Of a stretch of DNA of 64,000 nucleotides, positions 22,395-36,308 are shown one piece after another. Under the pieces are notes generated by a model. It had not been told where the DNA came from, ran no database searches, and saw only the letters and a list, made by a program, of their open reading frames with translations. The stretch is from Selaginella moellendorffii (lineage: Eukaryota > Plantae > Lycopodiophyta): the NCBI RefSeq assembly GCF_000143415.4, contig NW_003314323.1, forward strand, positions 1 to 64,000. Reading direction: 5' to 3'. Made by a program: the position numbers and the translations under genes. Position 1 is the stretch's first letter; the number at the start of each line of letters is the position of its first letter.

Positions 22395-25071
22395 GAATGA
22401 ATGCAGCGCTGCTGGCTGTATAATTCTTGCATGACCTCGGAGCACTGGCTTTTATAGGAGCCAGGCATCGCCGTGCCGTGTGGTGTGTGTATACCGCGTC
22501 TGTTGTGGGACCACCGTGCAATCGTCGTCTTCACCCTCGATGTGGCCTCGTTGGTGCTCTCTGGATACGTGAAACTCTCCCCACTGAGAATCCTCGAAGA
22601 AAGTGCTGCTGCAATGATCCATGGCTGGAATTGCAAACCTCTCGCAGGTAAACTGGTTTAAAAGCTCTAGAAAGTCTTTTGCGGTCTCACGTGGAGCTAG
22701 ACTTGTCAGGCTTTTGACTAGTTCAAGCATTGCGAGGGTCCGTGGGAGGAATTGCTCTTTTAGTCTGCCGGCCCAGAAGAACCTTGACACTGAAAGATAC
22801 CTGCAGCCAGCTGCCAAACTTTAAGACTGTGGGCCGAAGAGACACTAATGAGATTTACATGATGTCCGAGTCTCTGATTTTCTATGGTTTCCAGGTGCCC
22901 AAGAACAGTGGTATTTCCTAAACTATGGAGGTGTCGATTCTCATGTGCTTCATGATCGAGCTATGTAGCACCAGGAGCTTCCACTCGCAAGCCCAACAAC
23001 AGGTATGTTCTTCGTCAAGCGACTGCCCGAATGGATCTCTTTGTTTCCCGGAGCCCATGCTCAGTAGCAACCGTTCACTCCGCAATATATCCTGCTACCT
23101 ATCGAGTAATCAATCCGAGCCATATCTCAGCGATTCAAGCTTGCAAGCCCATCTCCATAGTCAATTTCAATGCCACCATCACTCCAGACTGCCCGAATTG
23201 CTGCGTCGCAGGCTTGGCTTACAGGACTTTCACCTGCTCTCCAAATTTACAAGGGACCAACAATGCCGTCCTCTATGTCACAAGCTTCAACCTCTCAAAT
23301 CCGGGGTCTCTCAGGCCGTGCACGTCCTCGCAATGGAATATGGAACCCATGGCAGCGCTGGCCACTGGATGGTATAGCCAAGAAGCTTGTGCTCGAAAAA
23401 CATCCAAGTTTTAGCTCCAAACGGACTGACTGCGGTCGCTAGAATGGTGGCTGAATGCTACTCCCCAGGCACGTGTCTCAGGGATCATTCGTTCATGGAG
23501 CCTTGTGCTCCAAATACTATGTGAAACGAACAAGAGAGCAAATGCCCACCCTTAAGGCGTTACAGGCCATGGAATATTCTTAGATTATTTTTGTGGTTCC
23601 TATCATTTTCCCAACCCAGCCATGTACAGCAGCCTTAAGAAGTTAAATGAGCCTCACATAAAGGGAGTCCAAGGCAATACAGCCATGAAGAAAAGATGTG
23701 CAAATAGCAATACTAATGTTATAATAAATGGTCATGAAAGAAAGAAAGAAATACAGCTTTCTCACATGACAATACGTTCATGGAAACAAGAGAATGAGAA
23801 TAGAATAAATGGCTCTAATCATATAACAATACAGTTATAGAACTCAATTCTCCCCTTCCTCAGGAATGTCATCCAAGTCATAACTAAAACTCGGAAACAT
23901 TCTCTTCATGTCATTTTCAGTTTCCCATGTAGCTTCATCCATGGAATAACCATTCCACTGAATTAACAATTCCCTCCAATCTTTGAGCAAGAATATTGGC
24001 CAGACCAACCTTCTCTACATCAATCTCTGGAACTTGGATGATGGACAGATCCACGACATCACTAGAGTGCAAACATGCTTTAAGCTTGCTTACATGGAAT
24101 GTTGGATGAATTTTCGAATTAACTGGCAAGTCCAAAGTGTATGTAAGATCCCCCACACGCTGTAAAATTGTTCAAAGCTCACAATACCATAGAGACAATT
24201 TAGCACTACCACCTCCTTTCAGAGACTGTTGTGCATCTAATAGCTTAAGGAAAACCTTGTCACCAACTTTGTACTCTTAATGACGATGATGCTTATTAGC
24301 CAATCTTTTGTCTCACTCTTGAGCTTGTCTTGTGTTCAATTTTGCTAACTCAAGCTTGTTCTGCATATCCTCCAGAAAATCACAAACATAAGGTACCCAA
24401 ACCAAAGCCAAATTCAAACTCACAAAAGACCTAGGCTCATAACCATATATTGCCATAAAGGGAGACATGCTAATAATTGATTAATGAGTGCTATTGTGAG
24501 CAAACTAAAGCAAATACTTCTCCCATACTCCCTATCGAGTCAAGTTTCCCACAAAAGACTTTAACATATCTCTTAATAGCTGATTCATGCGCTCTATCTA
24601 CCCATTAGATTGTGGATACTCACCACTACTCATGCTGAGCTTAGTCTTTAGCTTCTCAAAGACCGTTTGCCAAAACTTGGATGTGAACTTAGGATCCTAA
24701 TCACTCACAATGTCACCCGACAAACTATAGAGACTGAATAACTAGTTTACAAACAACTAAGCAACTTTAGAAGCTTTTATTGTTGTCTTCATATGGAAGA
24801 AGTGAGCCATCTTCGTCAAATGATCCACAACAACCCAAATAGCATCATTTCCTCGAAAGGTTTTAAGCAAACCAATGATAAAGTCCATTGAGATGATATC
24901 CTATTTATTCTCAAGTACATGTAAAGGATGATAAAGGCCAGTGAGCTTCTGAAGATCAACTTTGACTGCTTGGCAAGTTAAACAACCATGTATGTACTTC
25001 TCAACATCTGACTTCATCCCAGGCTAAAAGAAATGCCTCTTCACCAACATATATGTTCTCAATACCCCCGA

Positions 25072-25404
25072 NNNNNNNNNNNNNNNNNNNNNNNNNNNNN
25101 NNNNNNNNNNNNNNNNNNNNNNNNNNNNNNNNNNNNNNNNNNNNNNNNNNNNNNNNNNNNNNNNNNNNNNNNNNNNNNNNNNNNNNNNNNNNNNNNNNNN
25201 NNNNNNNNNNNNNNNNNNNNNNNNNNNNNNNNNNNNNNNNNNNNNNNNNNNNNNNNNNNNNNNNNNNNNNNNNNNNNNNNNNNNNNNNNNNNNNNNNNNN
25301 NNNNNNNNNNNNNNNNNNNNNNNNNNNNNNNNNNNNNNNNNNNNNNNNNNNNNNNNNNNNNNNNNNNNNNNNNNNNNNNNNNNNNNNNNNNNNNNNNNNN
25401 NNNN
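25072..25404. other. Assembly gap (333 N)
   Basis: Run of N. Confidence 1.
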
Positions 25405-25927
25405 CACTTGGCACATCATGACACTCAACCAAAATCTGTTTGATAAGTTTGTCAACACGAAGAACTACTACACATACCTTTCTTCACCAGGATTCCATCT
25501 CATATTTTGAATGATAGAAACTTGTCACCCTTCAAATTTGTAGAGGCATCCCTCAACAAAACCTTCGCGTAAACATCAGTGACAAAGGAGTCAAAGTCAG
25601 CAAACTCTTTAAGCTCATCCAAGAGATCTCTGGATAGCTTCACAAAGGAGATAGAATTTACTATCCTAGATAATGCATCAGCCACCTTATTGTCACCTCC
25701 ATACTTGTACCAGATCTTAATAGACATTTCCTTGCCAACGAGCAAGGCAGCCTCAAAGATCCACATCTGGAGAGACTGATGATCTGAATCTACATGGAAG
25801 TCCGATCCATATAGATAATATTGTTATTCTCAAGTAGGTCAATTCCATTGTGTAGCATCAAACTTGTGGCTCATGAATGCGAGAGAATGCTTAACTTAAA
25901 GCAATATGGCCCAAAGCACTATCACCA

Positions 25928-27057
25928 TGTTGCAAATGTACTTGTCAGCTAGTCCTTACGGACACTCTTTCCTTACTGTCACGATGGCAGGAGATCGGTA
26001 TTGCTGGACCCTTTATTAGTCCCTCTTGTGCTATTGGAGTTAACTGGGCATTTCGAATGTACTTAGACCGGACAAGCATAAGGACGGAATTCCTACGTGT
26101 TATTAGGTAAGCATACTTAGCCCAATAAGAAGTTCCCGTCTCATTTTGTCTTGCACTTGCTAGTGACAAGAACCCTCGCGTATTGAGACTAGTCCCTCAA
26201 TGTCGCTAGATGATACTTTACCGTGTCTGCCAAACACCCTCGCTATCATGCCCTTTGTGTTAGTCTCATTTCGGTCTGAAATGTTATTTATAGAAAGTGT
26301 CTAGGATTTTCTCATTTAGCATATCTATGGAATGTAGAGATTGGCTTGAACACAATGGTATTTGTCTTGTGTCCAAATTCGCAATCTAACGCTATTTCAT
26401 ATTTAGTAAGTTTCAAGCTTGTCCCAGAGACTAACTCTTGATACTAAGGGAGGCTTGGGTGAAAGCCCAAAGCATGTGTTCTTCAGGGGGGGGGGGGGGG
26501 GGGCTATGGGGGGTTCCAAATGTATAGTAGGGATAGTGGGTAGGTCGGTCATAGCTGACTAACCTAAGGTATAGTTTAGCTCCCGCTTGTGTGTCTGTCC
26601 TTGTTTTACGTCCGGTTTAGGTTTAAGCCCAAGTTCCATTCCATGCTAGCTGGTGGAGTACCCATATCTTCACGTTAGACTATCGGTATGCTGAAATAAC
26701 ACTAGACTCCGTTTGGCTCCATTTTGCATGCTGGTCATAACATTGGGATGTTGGTTACTCTAGGACTGTTCCAAGTTGCTTTGAGCTCCTGTCCCTTCGC
26801 TCCTTGGGCTCTATGCTCAGGAGTTGCTCCATGGACCAATTCCATCACTCCTTGGCTCCATGCTAAGGAGTTTGGCATCGTTCCTTCATTCGGTGGCCCA
26901 AGGCCCTAAACCTCAAGTTCCACACCACTGTCCCATGGACACATGGCATGACACGTGGCATATAACATGTGGCACAAGGAGGGTTTAGGTTTCGCTTCGT
27001 GGTGTTATCCTATAGTAAATCACCATAGGATAAAGGGTCAAAATCACATGCGCTACA
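25928..27057. mobile_element. Probable solo-LTR-like insert replacing the RT/protease of the host element
   Basis: TG...CA bounded non-coding block between RNase H and gag remnants; shares a ~45-bp motif with the LTR at 14003-14045. No TSD. Confidence 0.45.
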
Positions 27058-29354
27058 ACCCACATCATTGCCTATAATTTCCACCACAATCACCTTATCA
27101 TTCATTGACCCTTTCAGAATAATCCTTGCTCTTATATCCAGCCTTGTGGCAACGAAAAAAATTGCCCTCCACCTTGTCCTTCTCTCGCTAGTCCAAACAA
27201 AATTTCTTAGCTTCACTGCCATCTTCATGCTTTGAGCCACAATGGAACAATGGCTGTTTCTTTCCCAAATATGAAGCTTTTGCGAGCTGGTCATCATATT
27301 GACTACCCCATAAACCATCTGGTTGACTAAAGTTGACCAAATTGACTGACAGTTCAGGCAAAAAGATCTAAGCCTTAGTGATAGCATTAGTCAATGTTGC
27401 TAGAAAATCCTTCTTAACCTTCTGTTGCACATCCACAAAGCTCAATCCTTTGATGAAATATTGCACCTTTAGCAACTCATTATAGGTGCCCGTGAGACTA
27501 AGACAAAGATCACAAAACTTGCATGCATACGCATCCAAAGACAAAGTCCCTTGTTAGATCTCTAACAGCTGGTTTATGAGATCAACCTCTTTAAACTTCT
27601 TGACAAATGAAGCATGGAAAGCTTTCGTCAAATCAGTCCAAGAAGTCGACTTCGGATTAACTTTGATGTAGTTCTTCCACCACAAAGAAGCATGGCTCAT
27701 AAGCTTTGTCACAAAAAAATCTATCTTCACTTTATCCTCACAAGGATTGTAAGACTAACAACTTTCCCACAATTCTAACCAAGAATCAACTTCTTGACTA
27801 TCACAAACATCAGGTGATGATTTCCATTCTACAATACCATAATCTTTGGCATACTTAACATACCAATGGTAATCACGGACATGAGGTTGATTCAACCTTG
27901 AGGGTTCATGTGAAGCAAAAAATCCTTAATGAGATTGACAGAATCTTTAACTTCCTTTATGTTACTCTGAACCTTAGAAATCTAATATCCTTGCCGCTCA
28001 ATGACATCATCAAAAGTTTCTTCCGCATTGTCATGGCCATCATCACTAATACCATACTTCTCATCAAGATCAATATCTTGCTCACTCATCATCCCCAAAA
28101 GAACATACTACTCCAATACCAATGAAATGAACAAAGAGCGAACCTTAGGCCAACCTCCCAACCCTTAAAGCATTATCCCACAGGCCATAGAATATTCTTA
28201 AAATATTTCCATGGTTTGTGTCACTATGGCTGCGAATAAACAAGTGTGGAGGCAGCTTGGGTATGATCCAGGCATTGGAATCTTGAGAAATATCACCTGG
28301 AATGTCATTGATAGTAATCTTCCACAGTCCATTCGAAGCAAAAAGAATTATCAGGGAGTGATCGCTGGGGTAGCAAGCACTGTGGCTGGGGTGGTGCTTA
28401 GTGTTGTAATCTTCGTAGCAACCAGGAAGTGGAGAAGATCTCGGAGGAGGTGCATGGAAAAGCAAGTGCTCATCGAAGGAATGAGGCTCGACGAGATACT
28501 TCCACACCAGTTTAGCTATCACAACTTGAAGATGGCTCCTGAGCTCACGCTTGGAGCTGGAGGATTTGGATCCGTCTTCAAAGGAGAGCTTGCGGATGGG
28601 AGCCTCGTTGCTGTGAAGAAGATGGACGTAGAGATCCAAGGCTCGTCAAAAGGACACTCGCAGTTCAAGGCCGAGGTAATGTCCATTGGCAGCATTCACC
28701 ACTTCAACCTCGTAAAGCTCCGGGGATTCTGCATCCAGGGACCAGCTGCATTGCTTGTCTACGAGTTCATGCCCAATGGATCACTGGACAAGTGGATCTT
28801 CACCAAGAACGATGATGACAAAGGTGGCGGATCAGCAAATCTGCTGTTAAACTGGAATCAGAGACACTCAATCGCAATAGATGTTGCTCGAGGACTCACA
28901 TACCTCCATGAAGGATGCCGGGAGCAAGTTCTTCACCTGGATATCAAACCTCAAAACATCCTCCTGGACGAGAACTTACGGGCCAGAATCTCCGACTTTG
29001 GCCTGAGCAAGGTTGCCGAGTGGGGAAAGAGCCAAGTGGTGACTGTCATGCGAGGAACTCCCAGATACATGGCACCCAAGTGGCTCCACACCAAAGTCAC
29101 GGACAAGACCGACGTTTACAGCTTTGGAATCGTGCTGCTCGAGCTCGTCAGCTCCAGGCGCACCATCCAGTTCCATCCTCCATCCTCCTCTTCCTCCTCA
29201 TCCTCCTCACAACCGTGCTTCCTGGGCGAAACCGCGCTGAGCATGTTTCACAGTGGCAACGTCGTCAAGCTTATTGACGACAAGCTCCTGGACAATGATC
29301 TCGCCAACACTAGCAGTGGCTTGGAGCTCAAGGATGCCGAGAGGTACGTGGATA

Positions 29355-29822
29355 CTGTCTGTTGATGATTACATGGAATCGGGATCTGTCAGCAAAGTGC
29401 TAACCAAACAGAATTTTCTCTTACCTCCTTATTTGCTCAGGAGTATTCTGCAGTTTTCTTGTTAAGAGTCGCACCAAGCGTCTCCTTCAACTGTAACAAG
29501 TAAATCGTTAGATCATTTTGGCTTTGACAAAGTAAAAGTCACCTACATCTTCAAAGTATATGATGCATTATACGTTCAAAACACCTTCACTGTTAGACCT
29601 TTGCATGTACTTCTTCAGATGGGCATTAAGATTAGAAGTATCTAACTTATCAAAGAGGTCAACCCCTTCCTTTTTCCCTGTGTAACAAATAGCTCATCTC
29701 AATGAGGAAAACACAAGTCACAACATACCTTTCTTAAAATTGTGTACAGCATCATATACCTCTTTGTTTACAAGCACGGTGTTTTGGTACCTTGTGGAGT
29801 CTTTACCTAGAAAATCAAACTG
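29355..29822 (-). pseudogene. TOP1: TOP1 fragment (copy b)
   Basis: Inverted homolog of 35444-35900 (FDFLGKDS, DLFDKLDTSNLNAHLK). Confidence 0.8.
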
Positions 29823-29859
29823 CAAATATGTGAACCATAGATCATAAAACAATAGTGAT

Positions 29860-32460
29860 GTTAAAGAAGTTCTTAAAGCTTTTTGTAAACTCTTATGAGG
29901 ACCTGTGGCATAATCATGTCATATAGCATCATTCAACTTTTTATAGTTAATCCACACTCTCCATTTCCCTCCCTTCTTTAGTGTTACTACAACAAGTGAC
30001 AACTAATTTGAATTTTCCACTTCAAATATGAAGTCAGCTTTGATAAACTTCATTATCTCAGCAAACTACTCCTACATGGTGGCAATTACCACTTCTTCCT
30101 AAATCCTGACTGTCAAGATTGTAACTTTGAGTGTCAAGGTTATAATGCTGAGTATCAAAAAAATGCAAATGCATGGTTAATCAGCTGTGTTTCATTCTCC
30201 CATGACTGAATAGAACTTCTTCTCAAGACTCCTATTACTCCATCATGTTAATTGGCTTTATTGGTGCTTGATTTCCTGTGAGTTTGACCTTGAACTTGTT
30301 GAGTTGTTGGTGGAATTTCTCATCATCATCAATTTCCTTATCGTGCTCGTTCTCATTGTCCATTATTGTAGGCTTCTTTGCCTTGAGAGTGCAGATCTTG
30401 CTACGGAGCTCCACATTTTCTTTAGTGAGCTGGTCATTAATATATTGTGTCTCCACACACACTGTCCCCTAGAAGGACATACCTTGAACACTCCTTTTGA
30501 GCTGCTGGATATCACTCTAGATCTTGTTGAGCTTTGCGTCCAGGGGCTGGAAGACAACAGTGTTGATCATAGTCTACACTCCAGAAAAATGCTGTGATGT
30601 CATTTGGGCTCATAAATGCACTAGCAACATTTCAATGACTTATGAATAAGATCTTTGAGCCATACCTTGGCAAGTTTATTAGAGTGTAGCTTGACGACTT
30701 TTACATATATAGCAATTGAGCAACTCATTTGGAAAAGGTACAATAACATTTGAAAGACTAAATGAATCAAAAGATTGCCTAAATCTGGATAAATGTTAAA
30801 TTGCAAGCACAAAAGATACCTTAATTAGTCATATAGTCTCAAAGAAAGGAATTGAACCAAGCTAAAATAAGATATAAAATTTGGTGGAGATGTCTGCTCC
30901 AAGGAATGTGAAAGAGGTACAATGGTTTGTAGTTACTATCAAAGGTTTATTGAAAGATTTCCTAAAATAACTATGTTAGTTGACAACTTTAAGGACTTGA
31001 GCTAAGTTATCCACTTTTGGAGAAGCAAGTTAAAAGTATCATATATGAGGTGGAGAAATTCAAACACTACTTGTGGGGAAGGTATTTTGTGTTCTTCACA
31101 AATAATGCTACATTAAGGTACATTACAAACAAACTAACATTTGTTAAGAACTTTTCCAGATGGATGACAACTTTCGCAAAGTATGACTTTAAGTTTCAAT
31201 ATGAGAAAAACACTCAAGCAAGATTGGTTAGAGCTTTGGATTATAAAATACTTCTGGAGCAAGAAGAGATCAATTTATGCCAAGAAGAAGATTATGAAGT
31301 CTTAACAATGAGTGTTAACATGGAAGAATATTGGAAAATTTACAATTTTTTGAGAATAGGGAGTTTTCTAGAAGGTTATAAAGGCATTGAGAAGTGGAAA
31401 ATTATATGTAAATTAAAACCATTCACATTAATAGGTGATTAACTAATAGCATGCTTTGGAGAGCATTTAGACAAAATGAACAAAAAGAGATCATAAAGGT
31501 GTCATGAAGGATATTGTGGTGGACACTTCTCCCATAATTATACAATCAAGAAGATTGTGAATGTAGGATATTTTTGGCAAACATTATTCCAAGACGTGAA
31601 GGAATGGTGCAAGTTATATCACATTTGTTAGGCCATCGAAAGAAGAATCCTTCAATTAGGAAGTCTTCATTCAATTTTGCCAATAGGAGTTTTTGAGAAA
31701 TGGGGGATAGATTTTATAGAACTAATTCCAATGGCATTAAGTCAGAAAAGATTTATTTTGGTGGCAACAAACTACCTTACTAAGTGGGTTGAAGCAATAG
31801 TAACTAAAAGCAAAGGTGCCACCACACCTGAATACAATTTTTGTATTCACATTTTATTCGTAAAGACCATCTTTATAAATGTTATTCAGAAGCTGATGAC
31901 GTGACTTTTGTGGTGGCTCTCAAGGTGTGTGGTAGCCTAGGAGCTCTGGCAGCCGGGAAGAATGTCAAGGCCGAGATCTGCAACACTGGAGTGGAGAGCC
32001 ATCCGGTAAAAAGCTAAATTTATTATTACCTAAAGAGATTTATATAATTTCATATCAAGGAAGCTGTGGTAAACTTTCTTGTCCAAAATATATGCACAAG
32101 GTTTGGTTACCTGTTAGAGATTGTCACTAACTAGGGCCCACACTTCTACAATGAGGTGGTTAAAACACTAATGAGGAAGCTGTCAATAAAACATTGGTAG
32201 TCAACATCATACTATCCATAAATTAATAGTGGTGGAGAGAACAAATGGTGTATTATGCAAAATTTTAGTAAAGTTGACCATCGAGAAGAAGAAAGATTGG
32301 GATAAATGACTGTTAACAGCATTATGGGTTTACAAAACTATATATAAAGTAACAATCAACTTCACTTTTTTCTAGGTAATTTATAGGACAAAAGTTATAT
32401 TTCCAATTGAGTTGGAGATCCCAACTTTACAACTCTAAAGCATGTACTAAATGACAATGA
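29860..32460 (+). mobile_element. Decayed Athila/Tat-like Ty3/gypsy pol fragments, locally rearranged
   Basis: EKFKHYLWGRYF, CHEGYCGGHF, FEKWGIDF, NYLTKWVEA; inverted homolog at 33789-35400. Confidence 0.8.
31813..32053 (+). pseudogene. ~240-bp foreign insert containing a PLS-class PPR motif fragment
   Basis: EADDVTFVVALKVCGSLGALAAGKNVKAEICNTGVE at ~31890-31998; absent from the inverted integrase copy near 33950. Confidence 0.65.
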
Positions 32461-32486
32461 AAACTTGTAATTAAAGCCTATTTAAC

Positions 32487-33788
32487 TTGTTTGCCACGCA
32501 TACAAAAGCAAAAGGAGTATGGGTTATAGTGGATCGGTTGATAAAGTATGTGTGGTTGTTAGCTCTTCGAAAGATTGTCACTACCCTAGATTTGGCTATA
32601 GTTTACTTGGAGAAGGTTTTTCCTGATTTTGGTTTGCTAGAGTACATCATTAGTGATCAAGATTCTAAATTAACAAGTGGATTTTGGAAGAAATTTGCGA
32701 AGGCTATACAAGTGACTTTGAAAGTCTCAAATGAATATCATTCTCAGACAGATGGGCAAACTGAGTGTGTGAATCAAGTGGTGGAGGATATACTACATTC
32801 TAGCGTTAATCAAAGGCAAGGACAATGGAATCTATATCTTCCATTAGTGCAATTTGTTTATAATAATAACCAACACAATGGAACCAAGCTAAGTCCTTAC
32901 TTTGCCATGTTTGGAAGGCATCCCCAAACAGTGGTGGAGTTGGGATTGCATTTGAGTAAGGACATCCAAGATAATTCTAAGGTGATTGATCTAGCCATAG
33001 AACTTGATGAGATTCTGGTGGTGTGCAAACGGAATTTGCAAACAGCTTAGGATAGAGCGAAGAAGTTTGCTAATAAGCATTGTTAATTTCGGGAATATGA
33101 GGTGGGTGATCTCATTTTTGTGAGAGTGATCTTTTCGTCAAGTGAGTGGCAGAACACCTTGGTGCCTTTACAGACAAGGAAGAGTGACAAACTTTTCCAT
33201 TGATATGTTGATTCATATGAAGTGCTGGAACGCATTGGTAAAGTGGTTTATCGGGTGTAGTTGCCAGCTGGGGAGAAAATTCATCTAGTATTTTATGTTA
33301 GCCAATTGAAAGGTGTATGATCTCGAAGTGATAAGCCTAATGCCTCCTTAATGTATACGGTTGTGGAAGGTGGACCAAGAGCTTGAACAGGGTTCCCCAA
33401 AAAGGGTGATCACCGATACAACTCGTCCTTGGGACAAGGACTTTGTTGGGGGGGAAGAATTGTTAAGCGCCATCTTTGACCACATGGTCAACGTTGGTTA
33501 GCTGTGGAAGATGGACTAGGAGCTTGGGACAAGGACTTTGTTAGGGAGGAAGAATTGTTAGGTGTCAGTTTTGACCACATAGTCAATATTGGTCAAAGGG
33601 AGGCTCAAGGGTATATTAAAGCCTGTTAGGGTAAGGAACTTAACCTACTCTAGGGCTCATAGTAGAGCAGTGGCACAGTGGAGCTTTTGAGGTAGCTCGG
33701 GGGTGGTTAGGTGGTGAGGAACCTCAAGAGGTAATATAGCATAGTCTAAAGTGACTAAATCTTTGTTTTTTTGCGCCGGATCATAACA
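32487..33788 (+). mobile_element. 3' half (integrase, PPT, 233-bp LTR) of the same family as 38088-42973
   Basis: Homologous to ~41775-42973; LTR 33556-33788; an extra PPT and LTR start at 33448-33500. Confidence 0.9.
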
Positions 33789-35400
33789 AGTATGATGTTG
33801 ATTGCTAGTGTTTTATTGATAGCTTCCTCATTAGTGTTTTAACCACCTTATTATAGAAGTGTGAGCCTTAGTTAGTGACAATCTTTAACAAGCAACCAAA
33901 CTTTATGCATATATTTTGGACAAGAAAGTTTACTAGAACTTCCTTAGTGTTGTTTTTAGTTATTATTGCTTCAACCAACTTAGTAAGGTAGTTTATTGCC
34001 ACCAAGATAAATCTTTTCTGACTTGATGCCACTAGAACTGGTCCTACAAAATCTATCCCTTTCTCAAATGGTTCTATTGGCAAAATTGGATAAAGACTTC
34101 ATGGTCAAAAGATTCTTCTTCCAATGGCCTAATAGATGTGACATAACTTGCACCATTCCTTCACGTCTTGGAATAATGTTTGCCAAAAATATCCTATATT
34201 CACAATCTTTTTGATTGTATAATTAAAGGAGAAGTGTCCACCACAATATCCTTCATGACACTACTTCATGATCTTTTTTCATTCGTTTTGTCCAAATGTT
34301 CTCCAAAGCACGCTATCTAGTTCAATTCAATAAAGTTTATCGCCTATTAGTGTGAATGGTTTTAACTTATGTATAATTTTTCACTCTTTACAACCTTCTA
34401 GAAAACTCCCTACTCCCAAAAATTGTAAATTTCCTAATATTCTTCCATGTCAACATTCATTGTTAAGACTTCATAATCTTCTTCCTGGCATAAATTGATC
34501 TCGTTTTACTCCAGAGGTATTTTATAATCCAAAGCTCCAACCAATCTTGCTTAAGTGTTTTTCTCATGTTGAAACTCAAAATCATACTTTGCTAAATTTG
34601 TCATCCATCTGGAAAATTTTCTAACAAATGTTGGCTTGTTTGGAATGTACTTTAATGCAGCATTATCTGTCAGGAACACAAAATACCTCCCCCACAAGTA
34701 GTGTTTGAATTTCTCCACCACATATATAATACTTCTAGCTTGCTTCTCCAAAAGTGGATAATTTAGCTCAAGTCTTTGAAGTTGTCAACTAGCATAGTAG
34801 AGGGGAAATATATATCCTCTACTCCCCTTTTGGAATAGAATTGTTGTGATAAAATATTTGCTAATGTTTATATTCATGTAAAAAGTCTCATCCCAACATA
34901 GTGCCACCAAAATCAGGGTTAAGCTTAGCAGCTGCTTCAAGTTTTCAAATGACATCACTCTATATGTAAAAGTTCCTTAAGGAGTGGTGAATGTTGTTTT
35001 TAGCTGATCCTCCTCCTTCATTTGAACTTGAAAATATCCAGAGTATCCATCACAAAAAGTGTACCACTCATCCCATGCTACTTCATTAAGGATCTTGTCC
35101 ATGAATGGAATGGGATAATAATCATGTTGTGTAACATCATTTAACTTTATAATTGATGCACACTCTCCATTTCCCTCCCTTCTTTAGTGTTACTACAACA
35201 AGTGACACCTAATTTGAATTCTCCACTTCAAATATAAAGTCATCTTTGATCAACTTCATTAGCTCAGCATAAGCCATATCAAACCTACATAGCTTTTGAA
35301 CCATTGTCTTTGCTCCTTGCTTGATTGGAATCTCATGTTCCACTATATCCAATTGCCACAAGTCCTCATAAGAGTTTACAAAAAGCTTTGGAAAACTTCT
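33789..35400 (-). mobile_element. Inverted copy of the Athila/Tat-like pol fragment
   Basis: ORFs 33868-34083 and 34551-34751 mirror 31677-31904 and 31017-31442. Confidence 0.8.
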
Positions 35401-35443
35401 TTAACATCACTGTTGTTTTGTGATCTATGGGTTATAAATTTAC

Positions 35444-36308
35444 AGTTTGATTTTCTAGGTAAAGACTCCACCAGGTATCAAAACTCTGTGGTTGTAAACG
35501 AAGAGGTATATTATGCTATATACAATTTTAAGAAAGGTATGTTGTGACTTGTGTTCTCCTCATTGAGATGAGCTGTTTGTTACATAGGGAAAAAGGAAGG
35601 GGTTGACCTCTTTGATAAGTTAGATACTTCTAATCTTAATGCCCATCTGAAGAAGTACATTCAAGGTCTAACAGTGAAGGTGTTTTGAACATATAATGCA
35701 TCATATACTTTGGAGATGCAGGTGACTTTTACTTTGTCAAGGCCAAAATGATCTGATGATTTACTTGTTACAATTGAAGGAGACACTTGGTACAACTCTT
35801 AACAAGAAAACTGCAGAATACTCCCGAGAAAATAAGGGGGTAAGAGAACATTCTGTTTGGTTAGCACTTTGCTGACAGAATGTCATCAACAGACAGTATC
35901 CAAGGGCCATAGTGCTCAGATGGACAGATTGGAGGCAAAGATTGCAGAGTTAAAGGTCCATTTTTCTTTATGGTTTGTTTGAGGCTGACGCTTTGCTATT
36001 GGCAGACACTGAACTTTCAACAGACTTGGGGAAAGTTAAAAAGGGCAAACCTCCAGTCCACACCACGGCTAAAAGGCCTCCAACCGCAGAACAGTAAGTG
36101 GATGATTTTTATGTTTCTACTTTTATGATCCTGACTATTCATGTAAATTCCAGGTTGGAAAGGAAGTTGGCTCAAACTGAAGATGACCTTGGATCTGTCC
36201 GTCAAAGAAGATCTCAAAACTGTGGCGCTGGGAACGTCAAAGATTAACTACATGGATCCTCCAATAACAGTCGCTTGGTGCAAGCAACATGAAATCCCCG
36301 TTGAGAAG
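35444..36308 (+). pseudogene. TOP1: TOP1 3' gene fragment with introns (copy c, longest)
   Basis: [60 protein letters not shown] (catalytic Tyr motif). Confidence 0.9.

Larger units (their letters stand above)
23522..28223 (-). mobile_element. Old chromovirus LTR element with very short LTRs, inserted in RLK-A copy 2
   Basis: TSD CTATG (23517-23521 / 28224-28228). LTRs 23522-23605 and 28123-28223 (TG..CA). PBS 28110-28121; PPT just after 23605. Chromodomain IQWNGYSMDEATWE at ~23920-23975; decayed INT and gag. Confidence 0.82.
22925..29351 (+). pseudogene. RLK-A copy 2: split by an LTR element, frameshifted and 3'-truncated
   Basis: 22925-23521 and 28229-29351 are nearly identical to RLK-A; the kinase ends at AERYV and joins directly to a TOP1 fragment. 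Confidence 0.92.

Noticed and set aside
25001-25458. ORFs spanning X runs
   Set aside because: Artefacts of the N gap.
30235-30600. Coiled-coil-like ORF fragment within retroelement debris
   Set aside because: No recognisable motif; cannot be assigned.
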